From contig OX597839.1 in NCBI GenBank assembly GCA_951406725.2, positions 7,068,001 through 7,132,000 of the forward strand: a stretch of 64,000 bases of DNA, in the 5' to 3' direction. This document shows, piece after piece, positions 57,991 to 64,000 of the stretch. Positions within the stretch are counted from its first letter, which is position 1; the number at the start of each line of letters is the position of its first letter. Source of the DNA: Octopus vulgaris. Taxonomy: Eukaryota. The translations under genes were made by a program, and so were the position numbers. Below the pieces are notes generated by a model. The model searched no databases. It worked only from the letters and a program-made list of their open reading frames with translations, and had not been told where the DNA came from.

Positions 57991-59306
57991 TATTTCTTTA
58001 CTGCCCACAAGGGGCTAAACATAGAGGGGACAAAGAAGGACAGACAAACGGATTAAGTCGATTACATCGACCCCAGTGCGTAACTGGTACTTATTTAATC
58101 GACCCCGAAAGGATGAAAGACAAAGTCGACCTCGGCGGAATTTGAACTCAGAACGTCGTGGCAGACGAAGTACTTATTTCTTTACTACCCAAGGGGCTAA
58201 ACATAGAGGGGACAAACAAGGACAGACAAACGGATTAAGTCGATTACATCGACCCCAGTGCGTAACTGGTACTTATTTAATCGACCCCGAAAGGATGAAA
58301 GACAAAGTCGACCTCGGTGGAATTTGAACTCAGAACGTCGTGGCAGACGAAGTACTTATTTCTTTACTACCCAAGGGGCTAAACATAGAGGGACAAACAA
58401 GGACAGACAAACGGATTAAGTCGATTACATCGACCCCAGTGCGTAACTGGTACTTATTTAATCGACCCCGAAAGGATGAAAGACAAAGTCGACCTCGGCG
58501 GAATTTGAACTCAGAACGTCGTGGCAGACGAAGTACTTATTTCTTTACTGGGGCTAAACACAGAGGGGACAAACAAGGACAGACAAACGGATTAAGTCGA
58601 TTACATCGACCCCAGTGCGTAACTGGTACTTATTTAATCGACCCCGAAAGGATGAAAGACAAAGTCGACCTCGGCGGAATTTGAACTCAGAACGTCGTGG
58701 CAGACGAAGTACTTATTTCTTTACTACCCAAGGGGCTAAACATAGAGGGGACAAACAAGGACAGACAAACGGATTAAGTCGATTACATCGACCCCAGTGC
58801 GTAACTGGTACTTATTTAATCGACCCCGAAAGGATGAAAGGCAAAGTCGACCTCGGCAGAATTTGAACTCAGAACGTCGTGGCAGACGAAGTACTTATTT
58901 CTTTACTACCCAAGGGGCTAAACATAGAGGGGACAAACAAGGACAGACAACGGATTAAGTCGATTACATCGACCCCAGTGCGTAACTGGTACTTATTTAA
59001 TCGACCCCGAAAGGATGAAAGACAAAGTCGACCTCGGCGGAATTTGAACTCAGAACGTCGTGGCAGACGAAATACTTATTTCTTTACTACCCAAGGGGCT
59101 AAACATAGAGGGGACAAACAAGGACAGACAAACGGATTAAGTCGATTACATCGACCCCATTGCGAAACTGGTACTTTATTTATAGAACCCGAAAGGATGA
59201 AAGGTAAAGTCGACCTCGGCGGAATTTGAACTCAGAACGTAACGACAGACAAAATACCGCTAAGCACTTCGCTCGGCACGCTAACGCTTCTGCTAGCTCG
59301 CCGTCT
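57991..59306 (-). repeat. Family B SINE-derived tandem array: one head plus 7 bodies (176-184 bp period)
   Basis: Units start at 57991, 58175, 58357, 58538, 58714, 58896 and 59077; a single head lies at about 59250-59306. Confidence 0.93.
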
Positions 59307-59931
59307 TTACATACATGCATATATATACAAACAAAAATATTCTGTTGTTGATGTTAAAAATTCCACTGATGGAGCCTAGGATCTTGGTTAGAAACCGGCT
59401 CTTTCTTTATTGGCAAGAAATCTTGAAATAAAACCGAACAATGACATATATATACAAAGATACATAGATGCGTTTCCAACAACAAATAATACTTTGGCCG
59501 AGAAATATTTCTCTAAAGCGGTGCAGATGTATTTCCTCGGAGTTATAAACCTCGTTTCGGATCCGTTGAAACAATGTGTATTATTAAGGCAAAAGAACAC
59601 ATCGAAGCTATCTGCACTCAGCATTCCTTCCAATGAAATTAATTTAATCCAAATAGACTTTTGCATCTTGTTCATTCACTATCTTTCTCTCGATGTCACA
59701 CTCTCTTTGTGTAAGTGTGTGTGGGGAAGTGTCTGTGTTCGTGTGCGTCTGTACGCCTGTTTGTCAATCGATTTAGCTTTCCCTGTGAATGTATGTCTGT
59801 ATGTGTCTGTTTGTGTGTGTAGACAATACACATATGTATGTGTGTATGTAGGTGTATATATATATATATATATATGTATATGTGTATAAATATGTATGTG
59901 CATATATATATATATGTGTGTGTATATATAT

Positions 59932-59995
<64 letters not shown>

Positions 59996-60354
59996 TATGT
60001 GAATATATGTATAGATATATACACACACACACACACATATACACACATATATATATATATATATGCGCGGCACACGCATTCACAAACACACGCAGAGACA
60101 CACACATGCACACATATACATACATATATATATATGTATATGCGTGTGTGTGTGTGTGTGTGTGTGCGTGTGTGTGTGTGTATGTATCTATGCATACTTG
60201 CATACGATTGGGTATCAAATTGGAAAGAGAGCCGATAATTTATCGTTTCGTCCGCGTTTTTTCAAACATCAGTCTGTGGCCTGAAGGAACGCACACAGCG
60301 AGAACATCTTTATATCTTCTAAGGTTATACACATACATACATTCATGCATAAAA

Positions 60355-60388
<34 letters not shown>

Positions 60389-60543
60389 TTCATGCATATA
60401 TACATATAAATATGTGTGTGTATATATACACACACAAAAGATTAAGAGAAAATGAACACGACACATTATCTATCTGTTGTTATACATATACACATATATT
60501 GTTGACTGGGGAGAGTCATACTGTCTTTATATATATATATATG

Positions 60544-60610
<67 letters not shown>

Positions 60611-61158
60611 ATGTGTGTGACTCTGTGTAAGACGTTTCGTAATTTTACACTCGAATAATCACGCATAATTACAATTACAACAACATTGACATACACGTTT
60701 ATATGCGTGTTCCCACATACACATATGCATTTATTCACATGCACACACACACACATACACCCACACACATACACACACATTAAAATATATGCAAATTAAA
60801 CTGGAAATAGATCTCTTCCTTCCACGACGGTGAAAACCCTGTTATTTGAACAACTTGGAGAAAGAAATATCTGGCTGAGTATATCAACTAACCTCACGCA
60901 AAATCGCTAAGCTGCCTTCTTTGATCTGCAGGAACAGCCTTTTACTCTTTATATATTCTTGTCATTAGACTTCAACCATGCTCTATTCCAAAGAAAAACG
61001 ATTTCCCACGGCTTTATCGATCACATTCTCACCTGGTATCGATTTTTGTAATTTTTTCAAGACTTATACATGCCCTGATACCGTCGGTATCTACATATCA
61101 AATTTGAGCGCAATCGGATGGAGGATGACCGAAAGAAAAAATTATATATGTATATGTA

Positions 61159-61247
<89 letters not shown>

Positions 61248-62139
61248 GTATATATATATATGTCATTGTGACAAATTATGATTTCACTGTGGAAGAAATT
61301 GGCAGTTTCTTGACTAAGTTGATAAAATATTGGTAAAGCTCATTCTAACAGTCAGATATATACTTTGGTAGTTTTTGTGGAAACGTATAACACGTTAACT
61401 CATTTTTTACATCTGAAAACGCACTGATGAAAACGACTTTGATTATAGGCTGCTCAGCTACGGCTAATTTGGGGAGAAAACCGCAAGAATAAACCAATGA
61501 GATGGAAACTGTAGTCACTCAACCCTCTTGAAATAGCAGCTAAATGTCTTTCATATTCCACTTAATCGTTTTAAAGAGGATGACAAGGTGTAGGATTGGA
61601 CACTAGATGACGTATTCTTAGATATACGATGGCAGTGCTGTGATGGAATGTGCTTTGTCATATATCTGCATAGTAAGGAATGGTAATAAAAGAATCATCC
61701 ATAACTTGCAGTAAGCAACATTTATTAAATGTTATTGCTGTTATTACTAAAACCGTTAGATTCACTTCAACATTTAAATTTAATTTGTCAAAATATTTTC
61801 GTCGCTTTGAGACCGCGATCTATTCACTGACAAAACTTCGTGCTCTTATTTCTTTTATTACTATTATTTCTTTAATAAATCTCTGAACGAGATATAAACA
61901 GTAACCGCTCGACAACGTAAGGGGTATCAGCCATCTGAATGTGGCTAGCCACTGGTGGTGGTGGGGGGGGGGAGTTAATGATGCTTTTAGCCCCAGGCGA
62001 TCAACGTCACCAGAAGGACTTTAGACACTATCTCAGTGCCCTTGTGTTACTTGCAAAGGGAGGTCATCCTCCCTCGAAGACCCGAGTACTACATACGGAC
62101 TATAGTTTCAAAGTAATTGCCTCTCGTCAACGCATGGTA

Positions 62140-63960
62140 AGCACCGGTCTTCCATCTATAGCAGAGCTCACCAAGGCTGTTGACTCCCTAGCAAGAAATA
62201 AGGCTCCGGGAAAAGACGGCATCCCCTCAGAGATCATCAAAGCCGGCAAAAACACCATCCTGCTTCGGCACCATCATGAGCTTCTGTGTCAGTGCTGGGA
62301 AGAGGGTACAGTCCCTCAGGATATGCGGGATACTAACATCATTACGCTTTACAAAAACAAAGGTGACCGTGGTGATTGTAACAATTACCGTGGTATATCC
62401 CTTCTAAGCACTGTTGGAAAGACCTTTGCCCGCGTTATCCTGGCCAGGCTACAACTACTTGCTTCTCGAATCTATCCGGAATCGCAGTGTGGCTTTAGAA
62501 GAAGCAGATCAACTATCGATATGATATTCTCCATACGCCAACTTCAGGAGAAGTCCAGAGAGCAGAAAATGCCATTATATATGGCCTTCATTGATCTAAC
62601 AAAGGCTTTTGACTCAGTAAGGCCTCTTCATCCTGCTCCAAAAAATCGGATGTCCACCAAAGCTGCTGAGGATCATCAAGTCTTTCCATGATGACATGCA
62701 AGGCACCATACAGCACAACGGTTCAACATCAGCCGCCTTCCAAATAAAAAACGGGGTAAAGCAAGGTTGTGTCCTCGCTCCTACATTGTTTGGCATCTTC
62801 TTCTCGCTCTTACTTTCACATGCCTTTCAGACATCAGATGATGGAGTGTTTATGCACAGTAGAAGTGACGGGAAACTGTTCAATCTCTCGCGCCTGCGTG
62901 CCAAGACCAAAATTAGAAACGTCCTGATCAAGGAGATGTTATTTGCTGATGATACCGCTCTGGTAACACACACAGAAGAAGCCCTCCAAAGGCTCATTAG
63001 CTGTTTTGAGCAAGCATGTAACGACTTTGGCTTAGCTATCAGCCTTAAGAAGACCAACATCATGGGCCAGGCTACATCGGACATCCAAAACATACATATT
63101 GGAGACCACAGATTACAAGAGGTGGAGAAGTTTACCTATCTTGGCTCTACCGTCACCTACAACCTGTCCCTTGACGCTGAGCTCAATATACGCATTGGCA
63201 AGGCAGCTGTTGCGATGGCCCAACTCTCCAAACGGGCTTGGGACAACAATAAGCTGACCAAGACCACGAAAATGAAGATCTACCAGGCATGTGTACTCAG
63301 CACTCTACTGTATGGAAGTGAGACCTGGACGCTATACACACGCCAAGAGCGTCGCCTAAACATCTTTCACCTGCGCTGCCTCCGAAAAATCCTCCGCATC
63401 AAATGACAGAATCATATCCCCAACAAAGATGTCCTCAAGCAAGCAGGAATACCAAGCATGTTTGCACTCCTCACACAAAGACGTATGAGGTGGCTTGGGC
63501 ATGTTAGCCGTATGAAAGATGGCAGAATCCCCAAGGACATACTCTACGGAGAGCTTGCTAGGGGTACTAGGTCTGTGGGTAGACCGATCTTACGTTACAA
63601 GAATGTTTGCAAAAGGGACATGAAGGCCTGCAACATCAATATTAGCGGTTGGGAGGCAGTTGCCGGAAACCGTGGAGAATGGCGACGTACCGTAAAAGAG
63701 GGAATACAAAGGAGTGACAGAGAGAGAGAGAGAGAGGAGAAATGGAAAGAAAGGAAGAGACGTAAACAAGAGACTATGGCACTACAACCAGCCAGGAACA
63801 GCCTTCGCTACATTTGCGGTACCTGCCAAGGGAATGTTTGTCCAGGATAGGACTACACAGCCACAGCAGGAAATGTATCAGGACATGAAATATAAAAGCC
63901 AGACTAGACTACTTCATGCGCAACTCCATTGTCTCCCGAGACAGAAAGGATGCCAATACA
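62140..63960 (+). mobile_element. RTE/BovB-clade LINE, RT half and 3' tail, inactivated
   Basis: KAPGKDGIP, YKNKGDRGDCNNYRGISLLS, PESQCGFR, FIDLTKAFDSV; frameshift near 62620; GVKQGCVLAPTLF, LFADD, FTYLGS, LLYGSETW; TGA at a conserved Trp position (63404-63406); RWLGHVSRM..GRIPKDILYGEL; C-terminal Cys/His motif; 3' end CCATTGTCTCCCGAGACAGAAAGGATGCC running into (TA)n. Confidence 0.92.
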
Positions 63961-63999
<39 letters not shown>

Positions 64000-64000
64000 T

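Noticed and set aside
57991-59306. Tandem array as a CRISPR array, coding repeat or retrozyme
   Set aside because: Units are near-identical with no unique spacers, match the dispersed family B SINE, and I found no CUGANGA/GAAA hammerhead core on either strand.

Overview
Gene-poor, repeat-saturated animal genomic DNA, AT-rich, with one 100-N scaffold gap at 51738-51837. The SINE families and microsatellite load look like an octopod cephalopod (Octopus-like); this is recalled pattern recognition, not a database result. I can support no host protein-coding gene: almost every ORF in the track is a translation of a microsatellite or SINE. The only real coding remnants are retroelements: a 5'-truncated R4/Dong-type non-LTR element (RT, CCHC knuckle, restriction-like endonuclease) inside (TAA)n arrays at about 45.0-47.9 kb; an RTE/BovB-type RT at about 62.1-64.0 kb; a decayed Penelope-like element (RT thumb, Cys linker, GIY-YIG) at about 34-35.1 kb that the ORF track misses; and three small RTE fossils. 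There are at least four tRNA-derived SINE families, several with clear TSDs, that swap head and tail modules. One Meta-domain SINE forms head-plus-tandem-body arrays of 3 and 7 units. DNA elements include a hAT MITE with an 8-bp TSD, a TIR element carrying (TTAGGG)4 with a 6-bp TSD, and a 1.5-kb element with about 155-bp inverted arms. The most notable signal is a set of short inserts in or next to (TA)n tracts that carry long fold-back palindromes and minimal hammerhead-ribozyme-like motifs, probably non-autonomous Penelope-type derivatives.
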